Shown: positions 1-13,296, counted from the first letter of the stretch. The stretch is 64,000 nucleotides of DNA from Isurus oxyrinchus (GCA_026770705.1 JANJGN010000014.1:68696001-68760000), one strand, 5' to 3'. Program-made: numbers and translations. Notes: generated from the sequence alone by a model not told the origin.

Positions 1-2513
1 AAGCACTAGCACTCAAATGAAAATTCCCCGTCTTCAGAAAGGATGTGAATACATTATGCGTGTTCGAGCAGAAAACAAAATTGGTATTGGTGAACCACTA
101 GAGTCTAAACCAACTGTTGCCAAGTACATGTTTGATGTTCCAGGCCCACCTACTAAACCAGCAGTTTATGATATCACAGAAAATGCCGTAACAGTTTCTT
201 GGGGCATACCAAAGTACGATGGTGGTAGCCCAATTATTGGTTACATTATGGAACGCAGAGAAACAACTGGTAAATGGATACGGGTGAATAAAACGCCAGT
301 ATTAGATCTAAAATTGAGAACTGTTGGACTTTTTGAAGGAAATATATATGAATTCAGAATATTTGCTGAAAATATTGCTGGTCTAAGTAAACCATCACCA
401 ATCTCTGATCCAGTCTCAGCGAAGCGTCCTATTAGACCACCTGGACCACCAATCAATCCTAAACTGAAAGACAAGACGAAAGAATCTGTTGACTTAGTCT
501 GGACAAAGCCCACCAAGGATGGGGGCAGCCCAATTTTAGGATATATTGTAGAATGTCAGAAAGCAAGTACTACAAAGTGGGATAGAATTAATAAAGATAA
601 CTTGATCAAACAATGTGCTTTTAGAGTACCTGGACTTATTGAAGGCAACGAATATCGATTCCGTATAAAGGCTGCCAATATTATTGGTGAAGGTGAGCCA
701 AGAGAACTACCAGAATCTGTAATTACAAAGGACATTCTTCATCCACCAGAGCTAGAACTTGATATTGTTTGTCGTGAGCTGGTCACAGTTCGTGTGGGAC
801 AAACTATTAGCATAACTGGTCGTGTTAAAGGCAGACCAGATCCAGAAATTACATGGTCAAAAGAAGGCAAAATACTTTCTGATGACAAACGTATAAAGAT
901 GAATAATGACTACCCTGTTATACAGCTTTTGATTAAAGAGGCAACCAGAGCTGATCATGGTAAATATATAATTGTTGCTAAAAATAGTAGTGGACATGCC
1001 CAAGCTGCCGTTATCGTCAATGTACTTGATAGACCTGGACCTTGTAAGAATATCAAGGTAAGCTATGTCACTAAAGATTCCTGTATGCTTGCCTGGGAAA
1101 ATCCAGATGATAATGGAGGCTCAGAAATTACTAATTATATAGCAGAAAACCGTCAGCCCAGCCAAAGAGGATGGTCTGTGATCTCATCTGATTTGACTAA
1201 ACGTGTGGTCAAAGTTCCAATTACAACAAATCGTGAATACTTCTTCCGTGTGTGTGCAGAAAACAAAGTAGGACTAGGTCCAACCATTGAAACCAAAACA
1301 CCAATTTTAGCCATAGATCCTATTGAAAGACCTGGAGAACCTGAAAATTTTCATGTTGCTGATATAGGAAAGACATTTGTCCTGCTTAATTGGAAAAGAC
1401 CCGATTATGATGGTGGTAGTCCTAACCTGTCTTATCATGTCGAAAAAAGGTTAAAGGATTCAGATGAATGGGAAAGATTACACAAAGGAAGTATTAAAGA
1501 CACTAGTTTCATGGCTGACCGATGTATTGAAAACCAGACCTATCAGTTTAGAGTTCAAACTAAGAATGAAGGTGGTGAAAGTGACTGGGTGAAGACAGAT
1601 TATATTATTGTGAAGCAAGAAATACAGAAACCAGTCTTGGATCTAAAGCTAACTGGAACACTAACTGTAAAAGCAGGAGAAACTATCAGAATTGAGGCAA
1701 CTCTCAGAGGCAAACCTCAACCAGAAGTTGTTTGGGTAAAGGACAAAGATGCAATTGATCTTAGCAGATCACCTCGGGCTAAGATTGAAACAACTGCTGA
1801 TGCAGCCAAGCTCACTATAACTAAAGCTAAACGAGAGAACAGCGGTAAATATGTAATCACAGCAACTAACCCAGCTGGTAGCTTTACAGCATATGCTACC
1901 GTGAATGTTTTGGATGTACCAAGTGAAGTCAGAAGCCTAAAGGTATCTGGCATTGCAAGTGATAGGTGTAGAGTCAGCTGGGACCCACCAGCAAATGATG
2001 GTGGTTGTGAAATTCAAAACTATATTCTTGAGAAAAGTGAAAGTAAGAGAATGATCTGGTCCGTATTTTCCTCTTCTATAATTACCGATTATGCAAATGT
2101 CACTCGTCTTATTGAAGGAAATGAATATATCTTCAGGGTACGAGCAGAAAACAAAATAGGTGCAGGTCCACCAACAGAAACAAAGCCAATTGTAGCTAAG
2201 ACACAGTTTAATAGACCTGGCCCTCCAGATGCACCAGAGATCACTAAAGTTAGCAAGGAAGAAATGACTGTTGTATGGAATGCGCCAGAAGATGATGGTG
2301 GAAAATCAATCACAGGATATATATTGGAGAAGAAAGAAAAACGAGCTATTAGATGGGTAGCAGTCACCAAGAGTCCAATCCCAGAGAGACGTATGAAGGT
2401 TACAAATCTGATTCCTGACCGTGAATACCAGTTCCGTGTCAAAGCTGAAAATGAAGTTGGACTAGGAGACCCAAGTCCACCGTCAAGACCAGCAATGTCA
2501 AAGGATCCTATGG
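1..2513 (+). CDS. ttn: ttn exon w1 (5' partial): Fn3(part)-Fn3-Fn3-Ig-Fn3-Fn3-Ig-Fn3-Fn3, D-zone
   Basis: ORF 17..2653; donor G|GTACTT at 2514. Confidence 0.95.
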
Positions 2514-2616
2514 GTACTTATCTTATAACATTTTTTGTATTTTCTAAGTGCAAATATTTTGGTTCCTTGTCACTCTTCAAATTTCTCCTGACTAATTTCT
2601 ATTTTTCTATGCACAG

Positions 2617-2937
2617 AACCTCCTGGCCCTCCAAGTGGTCTAAAGGTGATTGACAGTACAAAGACCTCAATTTCCCTTGGTTGGACAAAGCCAGTGTATG
2701 ATGGTGGTTCTCCCATTATTGGCTATGTTGTTGAAATGAGACCAAAAGGTGTCAGTAAATTACCTGAAGAAGGATGGAAGAAATGTAAGGTTGCAGCTCA
2801 GCTTGTTCTTACTCAATTTACCATGACCAGCCTTAATGAGAAAGAAGAATATGAATTTAGAGTTTCTGCACAAAACCAAGTTGGAATTGGTCGACCTGCT
2901 GAATTGAAGGAAGCAGTATCACCAAAGGAGGTGTTGG
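2617..2937 (+). CDS. ttn: ttn exon w2: Fn3 (last D-zone domain)
   Basis: cacag| acceptor, |gtaggc donor; ORF 2646..3071. Confidence 0.93.
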
Positions 2938-3055
2938 GTAGGCACAGCACTTTGCCTTTTTCCCTTTGTATGATGAAAATAAAATATTTTTTTAAACGTA
3001 GTAATATTTCTTTATGGCAAAATGATTTCTCTCACAAAGTGATTATTTTTTTCAG

Positions 3056-3340
3056 AACAACCGGAGATTGATTTAGATGCAAGTCTGAGAAAAGTTGTAA
3101 CCGTTAGAGCAGGATGTCCTATTAGATTGTTTGCCACTATCAGAGGCCGACCTGCACCTAAAGTTACCTGGAGGAGAATGGGAATAGACAATGTTGTCAG
3201 AAAGGGTCAAGTGGACTTAATTGACACAATGACTTTTCTCGTCATTACTGATAGTACTCGTGATGATTCTGGCAAATATTCGCTGACACTTGTAAATGCA
3301 GCAGGTGAAAAAGCAGTATTTGTGAATGTTAAAGTTCTAG
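3056..3340 (+). CDS. ttn: ttn exon w3: Ig (start of C1)
   Basis: ttcag| acceptor, |gtgagt donor; EIDLDASLRKVVTVRAG. Confidence 0.93.
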
Positions 3341-3391
3341 GTGAGTAGTATACATTATTTTTTGTTCTAGGTGTTTTCTGATTTAAATTGA

Positions 3392-5967
3392 TCATGGGGA
3401 AGGAATTTCTGAAGTATGTTCAGGATAACTTCCTTAATCAGTACATTTACTACCCAATGAGGAAGGCGTCATTGCTGGATTTAGTCCTGGGGAAAGAAAT
3501 GGGTCAAGTAGAAAACATCACAGTGGGGAAGCATCTCAGGAATCGTGATCATAGCATCATAAAGTTTAGATAGTTCTGAAGAAGGGCAAGTAGCAATGTA
3601 GAAAAGCAAAACTTCAATGAGGAACAGTTCATTTCTGTGAATTGAGGAAGCATCTGTGTCAGGTATATTGGAGTCAAAACTAGCAGGCCGAAATTCAATG
3701 GTGCAATGAATGACCTTAAAAAAAGAGACAGTTCAAGTACAATTTATGTGAATTCCCACCAGGAGCAAAGAGAGGGCAACCAAAGCCAAATGTGCTTGAA
3801 TATCAAAGAAGTTGGAGAGTAAGATGAAGCAGTAAAAGGGGGGTTTTTGGCAGATGTCAGTTTAATAATAAAAGGGAGAATCTAAAAAGTACAGAGAAGT
3901 GAAAAAAGAAAATAAGAAGGGTGAAGAAACAGTATGGGAATAGATTGGCAGCTAACATCACTGAGAATCCAAACATTGTCAAAGGCTTTTTAACAATGAA
4001 AGGGTTTTCAGAGGAATGGCAGGACCCAATCAGGGAACAAAATGAAGAGCTATTGGCAGAGGCAGAAGGCTTGGTTGAAGTACTAAAAAAGTACTTTGCA
4101 ACAGTGCTTACCAAAGAAGAGAACTTTGTCAAAGTTTTGGTAAATGAGGAGGTTGTTGCAATACTGGAGAAATCAAAATAGCTAAAGAGAAGGTACTAGA
4201 AAGGCTGACAATACTTACAGTGGTAGGTCACCTGATCTAGATGGGATATATCCTGGAATACTAGGCAAAGTAAGGGTAGAAATTGTGGAGGTGCTGGTCA
4301 GAATCTTCCAATCCTCCTTAGATAAAGAAGTGATATCAGAGGAAATGAGACTTGTTTCAAAAAGTGCGGGATAAATCTGACAATTACAGACCAGTGGGTT
4401 TAATGTCTGTGGTAGGGAACCTTTTAGGAACAGTAATTGGGGAGAAAATTAGCAGCCACATGGGTAAACGTGAACTAATAAAGGAGAACCATCACAAATT
4501 TGTTAAAGACTAATTTAATTGAGATTGTTAATGAGGTAACAGAGATGGTGAATGTGGGCAATACTGTTGATGTTGTTTATAAGGACTTTCAAAAGTTGCT
4601 TGAAGCCAAAATGCTACAATTTTAAAGTGGATGCAAAGACAGAAACCTAAGGGCACAAATCTTTGAAAGTGACAGGACAATGAACAAAGCAGTGAATAAA
4701 ATGTGTGAGAAACTAGGCTTTACAAATAAAGACACTGCTTACAAAAGCTAGGAAGTTAAGCTAAAGCTATATAAAACACTAGTTCGGCTCCAGTTTGAGT
4801 ATCATATCCAATTTTGGGCACCATATTTTAGGTATAACATTAAGGTTTTGGAATAGGTATAAAAGACAGTTACTAGAATAGCTCCTGGCTGAAGGATTAC
4901 AGTTATCTGCATGAACTGGAGAAGCTGGAGTTTTTCTCCCAAGAGCAGAGAAGGCTAAGAGGAGCTTTGATTGAGGTGCTTAAAATCATGAAGCATTTAG
5001 ATTGAGTAAATAAAGAGAAACTATCTCCGATGGATGAAAGTTCAATAACCAGAGGGCACAGATTTCAGGTGATTGGCAAAAGAACCAGAAGCGACAAGGT
5101 AAACATTTTTATGCATTCAGTGGTTAGCATTTGGAATTAATTGCGTGATAGGATGGTGGAAATCGATTCCATATTAGCTTTCAAAGGGGTTTGAAGGAGA
5201 AAACATTGCAGAGATATGGGGAAGAATCTTCTGTTCGGTGTGCACGTGTAAAATGACATCACCGCATGCCATTCTGACCTTCCGCTCGGTGGGCATGAAC
5301 TGGAGTCAGCTGCGCACCCGCCGAACTGTCAAAGGCCTGTTAAGGCCATTAATAACCTAATTAAAGTAATTGTTAGGGCTGCCCGTCCAACCTTAAGGTT
5401 GGTGGGCAGGAGAAGTACCCAGGCAGCCTTCACGTTTTTCATGGAATCTCATCCACAGGCGGGATGAAGTTTCATGAAGGGTTTATTAATTAAATAAAAT
5501 TTTTAGTGAAAATTCCTAAACACGGCCCAGCTCATGTGACACTGTCACATGAGGGGAAATGTCTGAATAATTTTTAAAAATTTTTTACATCTTTATGACT
5601 GAACTTAATCCCCCTGAGGCAGCTCTGTGCCTCAAGGAGATTTCTGCGCTCTTTCGCGCGCATGCGTGAGAGACCGCAGGCCCCGATTCTCCTTCCTACC
5701 CCTGTCCGCACAGGTAGTGCTGAGCGCTTCCAGTTGTGTGTCACGCTGGGTGGGCCTTAATTGGCCCGCCCATGTAAAATGACAGTGCGCAGCCGATCAC
5801 GGGCAGCGATCAGCTCCATGCCCACTCCCGACCGGCCTGCCCGACGGGGAGAAAATTCTCCCCATGGGGAATGAGTGGAGGAGTGAAACTAATTGGTTTG
5901 CTCTTGGAAAGAACTGGCGCAGGCTTCATGGGCTGAATGGTCTGCTTCTGTGCTATACCATTCTATA
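3392..5967 (+). mobile_element. Decayed CR1 LINE (ORF2 remnants + 3' UTR), interrupted by a MITE at 5219-5863
   Basis: Endonuclease-like GKEFLKYVQDNFLNQY..LLDLVL; RT-like NYRPV and DFQK remnants; many stops; CR1-type tail ..tgggctgaatggtctgcttctgtgctataccattctata; boundaries approximate. Confidence 0.85.
5219..5863. mobile_element. Non-autonomous PIF/Harbinger-like DNA transposon (MITE family A, copy 1)
   Basis: 13-bp imperfect TIR GGGAAGAATCTTC / GAAAATTCTCCCC; 3-bp TSD ATG (5216-5218, 5864-5866); removal restores CR1 3' UTR. Confidence 0.8.
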
Positions 5968-6008
5968 ATAACGTTTTGATTTTTATCACAATTGATTTTT
6001 GCTTTCAG

Positions 6009-6308
6009 ACACACCTGGACCTGTTTCAGACTTTGAAGCTTCAGACGTTGCAAAAACATCGTGTCATCTGTCTTGGTCACCACCTGAAAATGATGGAGGT
6101 AGCCAAGTGACGCACTATATCGTAGAGAAGCGGGAAGCAGACAGAAAGACCTGGGGTGCAGTGATAAAAGATTTGAAGAAAACTAGTTTCAATGTAGCCG
6201 GCCTGGTACCTGGAAGTGAATACTATTTCAGAGTAACTGCAGTTAATCAATATGGACCCGGGGTTCCAAAAGACATTGCCAAACCTATTTTGGCAAGAGA
6301 TCCAATCA
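6009..6308 (+). CDS. ttn: ttn exon w4: Fn3
   Basis: ttcag| ... |gtgagt; ORF 5999..6316. Confidence 0.93.
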
Positions 6309-6443
6309 GTGAGTAGTTTATTTTTTTAGTTTTCCAGTTAAACTAAGAGCTGGGTTGACCATATTGCCTTTTTCATCAGCCTTTTCTGGATATTATTTGA
6401 TATCAATTAGTCTCAAAGTAACAGTTTGCAATGTCATTTTTAG

Positions 6444-6746
6444 GTGAACCAGATCCACCCAAGAAATTGGATGTCATTGAAATAACGAAGAACAGTGCTT
6501 CACTGGCATGGTTGCCACCTATTAGGGATGGAGGAGCTAAAATTGATGGTTATATTATTGAGTATCAAGAAGAAGGCCAATCTGAGAAACAGTGGACAGC
6601 ATACTCCATAATCAAGGAACTGTCCATTCTTGTAACAGGCCTGAAGGAAGGAGCTAAATACAAATTCAGAGTTGCAGCTAGAAATATTGTGGGGGCCAGC
6701 TTGCCCAGAGAAACTGAAGGAATTTTTGAAATTAAAGAACAACTGA
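6444..6746 (+). CDS. ttn: ttn exon w5: Fn3
   Basis: tttag| ... |gtaagt; ORF 6431..6754. Confidence 0.93.
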
Positions 6747-7384
6747 GTAAGTAAACAGTAAATTATTTCAACACATAAAGTGCCAAAATTAAAACAGACT
6801 TGAATTGTGATGAAGACTTTCAGATTATGCACAACTTCAACTCAATCAGGCAGTCAGGAAGCTCGAACATCTTTCAAGTTTGTGCTTCAATACTATTATG
6901 CCACCAAGCTGCAGCTCATTCCCTTCCTTCCATAAGAAAATTCGACTGTAGCACTCAGTTCCCTAGCATGTATAACCAGTCACTGGGGTGGTGGAGGATG
7001 CAGATTCTGGGGGAGCGTAAGAACTAGATGGCAGCAGTTCAAAAGAATTCCTGTCCTTTCTGGCCCACTTTTTTGGAGTGGCCTCCAAAGGTCCTTTTAA
7101 AGTTTGCTAATTAGGCTTCTCAACATCTAGAGAAATGAGACTGGCAGATGCTGTGAATTCTTCATCCTTTTCTCTTTGAAAGATGTAATTAAGGTATTGG
7201 CTGAGCTTCCATTTAGTGCAGCCTGAAAGTTGATTCTGACAGGCAAATGGATATATGCAGTGTCCCCTACCAGACTTTTAATTATTACTGGTCACCATTT
7301 TTCAGGCGTGAAGCGGGCAACCCGGTAATTGAAACTCAGTACCTTCTTCAAGATAGCTTCAAATTTTAAAAAGAAATGATTGAA

Positions 7385-7706
7385 TTTAAATACTCCTTAT
7401 CACATCTCTCAGAGACATTTCAAAGTGTTTCACATACAGTGAATTACCTTGATAGGCCGCAACCACAATTTTGCAGGCAAGCATGGTTGCCATTGTACAC
7501 AAAAAAACAAGGTCTCAAACAGCAGTGACGAATTGTAACATGATATTTTGAATGAGCATCTGAGCCTTCAGTTTAACATCTTAAAGTATCAATTTAGCAT
7601 TTCTAACAATCCAGCACTGAGTTAGTACTTCACTGGAATGGTATCCTAGACCTTATGTTCAAGTCTGGGGTAGGACTTGATCCGCCTTTGGCATGTAGGC
7701 AAAAGT
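7385..7706 (-). mobile_element. Old Deu-domain (SacSINE1-like) SINE remnant
   Basis: Resembles recalled DeuSINE segments (caaagtgtttcaca.., tttaacatct.., cagcact..agtacttcactggaatg..cctaga..caagtc..ggacttga); similar to 17670-18595. Confidence 0.5.
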
Positions 7707-7987
7707 TTACAAATGGAATTGAACTGATGATATATTGGTAGAAAGTATGAATAATTTCTTGTCAATAAAGTTACATAATTTAAAATGATGATATAATAGG
7801 ACTGATTTCCTGAGTGCATGCTGCTGGTGGGAATTTTGCAAGTTACCTGTATCTATGGGAGATTGGGAAGCTCCTTGCCAACACTGCATTCTTAAAAAAT
7901 CGGCATAGGTATGTTTTAAGGATACATAAAAGTTTTGACAAAGGTTCACCTGCATTAACCTCATATTAATGCCATTTGTTTTTACAG

Positions 7988-8263
7988 TGGCACCAAAGAT
8001 TATCATGCCTGAATTCATAACGATCAAAGCTGGGCAGAAACTTAGAATTGAGGCCCATGTAACTGGCAAACCTGCACCAATTTGCAAGTGGATGAAAGGT
8101 GATGAGGATGTAATGCCATCTAGTCGCCTAGTTGTGCATAAGACAAAGGACACTTCAGTACTCATCATTAAAGATGTTACCAGAAAAGACAGCGGCTACT
8201 ACAGTCTTTCTGCAGAAAACAGCTCTGGCATCGCCTCCCAGAAAATTCGTGTGGTGATAATGG
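7988..8263 (+). CDS. ttn: ttn exon w6: Ig
   Basis: tacag| ... |gtatgt; ORF 7969..8277. Confidence 0.93.
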
Positions 8264-8289
8264 GTATGTATATTTGATACTTAGTGTAA

Positions 8290-9902
8290 TCATAGAGTCA
8301 AAGAAAGTTTACGGCACAGAAGGAGGTTACTTGGTCTATCATGAACCAGCCAAAAAACAAGCCAATTAGTCTAATCACACTTTCCAGCATTTGGTCCATA
8401 GCCCTGCAGGTTACGGCACTAGAGGTGCATATCCTGACACCTTTTAAATGAGTTGAGGGTTTCTGCCTCTACCACCCTTTCAGGCAGTGAGTTTCAGACT
8501 CCTACCACCCACTAGGTAAAAAAAAATGTCCTCATCACCCGTCTAAGCTTTCTACCAATCACTTTACATATACATCCCCTAGTCACTGACCCCTCTGTTA
8601 AAGTATATAGGCCTTTCCCATCCACTCTATCCAGGCCCCTCACAATTTTGTGAATCTCAATCAAATCTCCCCTCAGCCTCCTCTGTTCCAAGGCGAACAA
8701 CACCAGCCTATGCAATCTTCCTTCATAGGTGCAATTTTCCAGTCTTGACACATCCTCATAAATCTATTCTGTACCCTCTCACATCCTTTCTGTAATGACG
8801 TTACCAGAATTACACTCAGTACTCAAGCTGTGGCCTAATTAATGTTTTATATAGATCCAGCATAACCTCCCTGCTCTTACATTCTATGCCTCGGCTAATA
8901 AATGAAAGGCTTCCATATGTATTCTTAACCACTTTATCAACCTGCCCTGCTACTTTCAGGGATCTTTGGATATTCACTCCAATGTCCCTCACTTCCTCTA
9001 AACCTCTCAGTATCCTCCCATTTATTGTGTAATCCTTTGCTTTGTTTGATCTCCCTGAATGCATCACCTTACGCTTCTCTGGATTGAATTCCACTTGCTA
9101 CTTTCCTTCCCACCTGACCAGTCCATTGATATCTTCCTGCAGTCTATAGCAATCCTCCTTGCTATCTACCGCATAGCCAATATTTGTGTTGTTTGCAAAC
9201 TTCTTGATCATTCCCCCTACATTTATGTCCAAACCATTAATATATACCACAAAAAGCAAGGGACCTAGTACTGAGCACTGCAGAACCCCTTTGGAAACAG
9301 TCTTCCAATCATAAAAACCTCCATCAACAATTATTCTTTGTTTCCTGCCACTGATCCAATTTTGTATTCAGCTTGCTACCTTCTCCTGGATTCTATGGTT
9401 TTTTAAAACCAGTCTGCCATGTGAAACCTTGTCAAATGCCTTGTTAAAATCCATGTAGACCACATCAGCTGCACTAACTACTATGATCAACCCTCCTTGT
9501 TACTTCCTCAAATAAATTCAATCAAATTAGCCAGACATGACCTTCCCTTAACAAACCCATGCTGACTGTCTTTGATTAATCCATACCTTTCTAAGTGACA
9601 GTTTATCCTGTCCCTCAGAATTGATTCCAATAATTTCGCCACTACCGAGGTCAGACTGACTGGCCTATAATTATTGGGTCTATCCTTCGCTCCCTTTTTA
9701 AATAAAGGTACAACAGCAGACCCCCAATCCTCCAGCACCTCACCTGTAACCAGTAAGGATTGAAGAATGATGATCAGACCCTCTGCAATTTCCTCCCTGG
9801 CTTCTTTTAACTGCCTGGGGTATATTTCACCTGGTGATTTATCCACTTCCAAGGATGCTAATCCCCTTAATACTTCCTCTCTCCCTATGTTTATCACATC
9901 CA
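8290..9902 (-). mobile_element. 5'-truncated decayed CR1 LINE
   Basis: Minus ORFs: PLFKKG..NYRPVSLTSVVAKLLE..SQHGFVKGRSCL; MEFNPEK..LYKTLIRPQLEY; LEQRRLRGDLIE. Confidence 0.92.
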
Positions 9903-10011
9903 AAGATTATGCATTTGAAAGAATTAGAGCTGCGTAATAGCTTTTTATAAATAGTGTTCTACAAAACGGCATTACTTAATCATTTCCTTATTAATGATTA
10001 ATGTTTTTCAG

Positions 10012-10311
10012 ATATTCCTGGACCACCACAGCCACCATTTGATATTTCAGAAATTGATGCTGATTCATGCAACCTTAATTGGCATATTCCGTTTGAAGAT
10101 GGTGGCAGCAACATAACAAACTATGTAGTAGAGAAATGTGATTTAAGCCGTGGCGACTGGCTTACTGTTGTGTCATCTGTAACAAAAACAAACTGTAGAA
10201 TTGGAAAGCTTATCCCTGGACAAGAGTACATGTTCCGTGTTCGTGCAGAAAATAGATTTGGTATTTCAGAACCTCTCACCTCTGATAAAATGATTGCTAA
10301 ATATCAATTTG
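10012..10311 (+). CDS. ttn: ttn exon w7: Fn3 (not in ORF track)
   Basis: ttcag| ... |gtaagc; translates IPGPPQPPFDISEIDADSCNLNWHIPFEDGGS.. Confidence 0.92.
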
Positions 10312-10403
10312 GTAAGCTATGACAAAGTATTTGGGCTACGTTTTTTTTAGACATAAAACTGGCTTCGGAGCTGACTACAGTTACTTTTTATTTTTGTCTA
10401 CAG

Positions 10404-10706
10404 ATGTTCCCAGTGAACCAAGGAATGCACATGTCACAAAGGTGAATAGAGACTGCATATTTGTAGCATGGGATAGACCAGAAAGTGATGGCGGTAGTCC
10501 CATCACTGGCTATGTTATTGAACGTAAAGAGAGAAATAGTCTTCTTTGGGTAAAGGCAAATGACACATCTGTCCGTACCACTGAGTACCCATGTTCAGGA
10601 CTAATTGAAGGGCTAGAATATACTTTCAGAGTCAGTGCACTGAACAGAGCGGGATCTAGCAAGCCTAGTAAACCAACTGAGTTTGTAACAGCTAGGACAC
10701 CTGTTG
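10404..10706 (+). CDS. ttn: ttn exon w8: Fn3
   Basis: tacag| ... |gtaagt. Confidence 0.93.
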
Positions 10707-10834
10707 GTAAGTATTCCAAAAAAATTGAAAACAGTTTATAAAGTTACTTTTATAATTATCTTAAATTCTTTGGATTTCATATCTTAAAGTTTTTGTATGT
10801 AAACTTAGAAAAATGTACCCTTATTTTACAACAG

Positions 10835-11134
10835 ATCCACCAGGCAAACCTGAAGCCATTGATGTCACAAATAGCACTGTTTCTCTCATCTGGGCAAGAC
10901 CCAAACATGATGGTGGAAGCAAATTAATTGGCTATTATGTTGAAGCCTGTAAATTACCTGGTGATAAGTGGATACGATGCAACACCAATTGCCAAAATGT
11001 ACCTAATGAAGAATTTACCGTTACCAATCTTGAGGAACATGCCCAGTATCAATTCAGGATCATTGCAAAGACAGCAGTTAATATCAGCAAGCCATCTGAA
11101 CCTTCAGATCCCGTGACCATTCTGGCAGAGCAAG
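10835..11134 (+). CDS. ttn: ttn exon w9: Fn3
   Basis: aacag| ... |gtatga. Confidence 0.93.
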
Positions 11135-11276
11135 GTATGAATTAAATTCACTTTCTTATATTATTTTCATCCTGATTTTCATTTGCAATGTCATAAGGAG
11201 AGTGATAAATTTAGTATGTTTACTTGACCTAACTTAAAAATATCATTCATGTTAAAATGCTTTGTTCAATTTACAG

Positions 11277-11564
11277 TTGCACCAAGAATTGACTTGGGTG
11301 TGTCCATGAAGTCCCTGATCACAGTAAAGGCTGGATCTAATGTTTGTCTAGACGCTAATGTCTTTGGAAAACCCTTTCCAAAGATCACATGGAAGAAAGA
11401 TGGCAAGATAGTAATGCCTGCCGAAGGCGTTAAAATAGCCAGAACAAGAAATCTGTGCACACTCGAATTGTTTAGTGTACGAAGGAAAGAAACTGGAGAG
11501 TACACCATTGTTGCAGAGAACCCAAGTGGCTCCAAATCAGCTAATGTAAAACTGAAAGTATTAG
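11277..11564 (+). CDS. ttn: ttn exon w10: Ig
   Basis: tacag| ... |gtaaaa. Confidence 0.93.
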
Positions 11565-11813
11565 GTAAAAAGTATTTTAAAATGTTTCATTAAAAAAATG
11601 TGAATCTAGTGATAATACAACAGCTTAATAGAATGTATATGTGTATATGCAACAATATATTTAACAGCTTCAAACACGTAAATGTAATTTTTTGTGAACC
11701 AGATGGAAAAAATGGAAAACAAGATTTTAAAGCAAATGACTAGTTTCATTTTTAAGTTAACTAGTTAAAAATGTTTCTAAAATATTAATGCATCCTTATG
11801 TTTTTTTTGTTAG

Positions 11814-12110
11814 ATAAACCTGGTCCACCAGCTTCTATCAGAGTTAACAATATTTATTCAGATCGTGTTACTCTGAATTGGGAACCTCCTCTTGAGGATG
11901 GAGGTGCTGAGATAACTAACTATATTGTTGATAAGCGTGAGACAAGCCGTCCTAATTGGGCTCAAGTTACTGCTAATTTACAGATTACACAGTGTGGCAT
12001 AGAAAAACTGATAGAAGGACATGAATACCAGTTCCGTGTCAGTGCAGAAAACAAATATGGTGTTGGTGACCCAATCATTACTCACCCAGTTGTTGCTAAA
12101 AATCCTTATA
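11814..12110 (+). CDS. ttn: ttn exon w11: Fn3
   Basis: gttag| ... |gtaagt. Confidence 0.93.
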
Positions 12111-12201
12111 GTAAGTAAAACACATTTTAGTTCTGAAGTTTTTTTACTTTAATTGATAAACAGACAAAAGATATTTAACACATGTTTTGTATTATTTACA
12201 G

Positions 12202-12504
12202 ATGTACCTGGGCCATGTGATCCTCCAATAATTAGCAACATCACAAAAGATCATATGACTGTTAGCTGGAAAGCCGCAACAGATGATGGCGGCTCTCCGG
12301 TGACTGGATATTTAGTGGAAAAACGTGAGGCAATGGCTGTCAATTGGTCAAAAGTCAACAGGAGACCAGTTTTGGAAAGAACAGTTAAAGCTACAGGGCT
12401 TCAGGAAGGCACTGAGTATGAGTATCGAGTTATTGCCTTGAATAAAGCTGGACCGGGCAAACCCAGTGAATCTTCCAAAGCAGCAGTCGCCCTTGATCCT
12501 CAAT
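12202..12504 (+). CDS. ttn: ttn exon w12: Fn3
   Basis: tacag| ... |gtaagc. Confidence 0.93.
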
Positions 12505-12600
12505 GTAAGCAGATGTGACTATGTATATAATATATTTATGAGTAGCATATCTCACTCTCTTGTTAATTTTTTTCTTACAAATTATTTTATTTCCATTCAG

Positions 12601-12906
12601 ACCCTCCAGGACCTCCTGCCTTCCCAAAAGTTGTTGATACAACCCGCAGTACTATCAGCTTGTCTTGGAGTAAGCCAGCATATGATGGTGGCAGTCCAAT
12701 TTTGGGATATCTAGTTGAAGTTAAGCGTGCAGATGGTGAAAACTGGACAAAATGCAATATACCAAAGAATCTTCGTGATACACACTATACTGTTACAGGA
12801 CTATCTGAAGACACTGAATATCAGTTCCGTGTAAGCGCAGTGAACAAAATAGGCTACAGTGATCCAAGTGAAGTTCCGGAAAAACATACCGCCAAGGATA
12901 TTTTGA
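12601..12906 (+). CDS. ttn: ttn exon w13: Fn3 (end of C1)
   Basis: ttcag| ... |gtaggt. Confidence 0.93.
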
Positions 12907-12966
12907 GTAGGTTTTCATTACCCATGTGAAGCAAATTAAATATTATCACCAAAACATTATGGTTAT

Positions 12967-13132
12967 CCTCAGCAAATCAGGCAACATGTAGAGAGATAAA
13001 CAGCACTTTTCTGATGAAAGGTTGTTGACCTATGTTAACTCTGTTTCTCGCTTCACAAATGCTGCCCGACCTTCTGAGTATTTCTGGTATTTTTTGTTTT
13101 TATTTTCAATTTCCAGCATCTGTAGTATTTTG
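12967..13132 (+). mobile_element. Short palindromic Penelope-derived terminal fragment with degenerate hammerhead core
   Basis: 13035-13130 is an inverted diverged copy of 13300-13400; contains CTGATGA-AAGGTTGTTGACCT lacking GAAA; 12968-13003 is complementary to 13041-13078. Confidence 0.7.
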
Positions 13133-13296
13133 CCATTGTAGTATTTTTCTGAAGTTGCTCTCTCCATTATTTAAGTGTAAGCATTATCCCATTCTAAATA
13201 AATGGGTTAATGCCTATGCTAAAATAGTAGAGGGGGAATTTCAGATAAACGTTTTCGATTTTTGTAGTTGGTATCCAACAACATAATTACAGAGAT

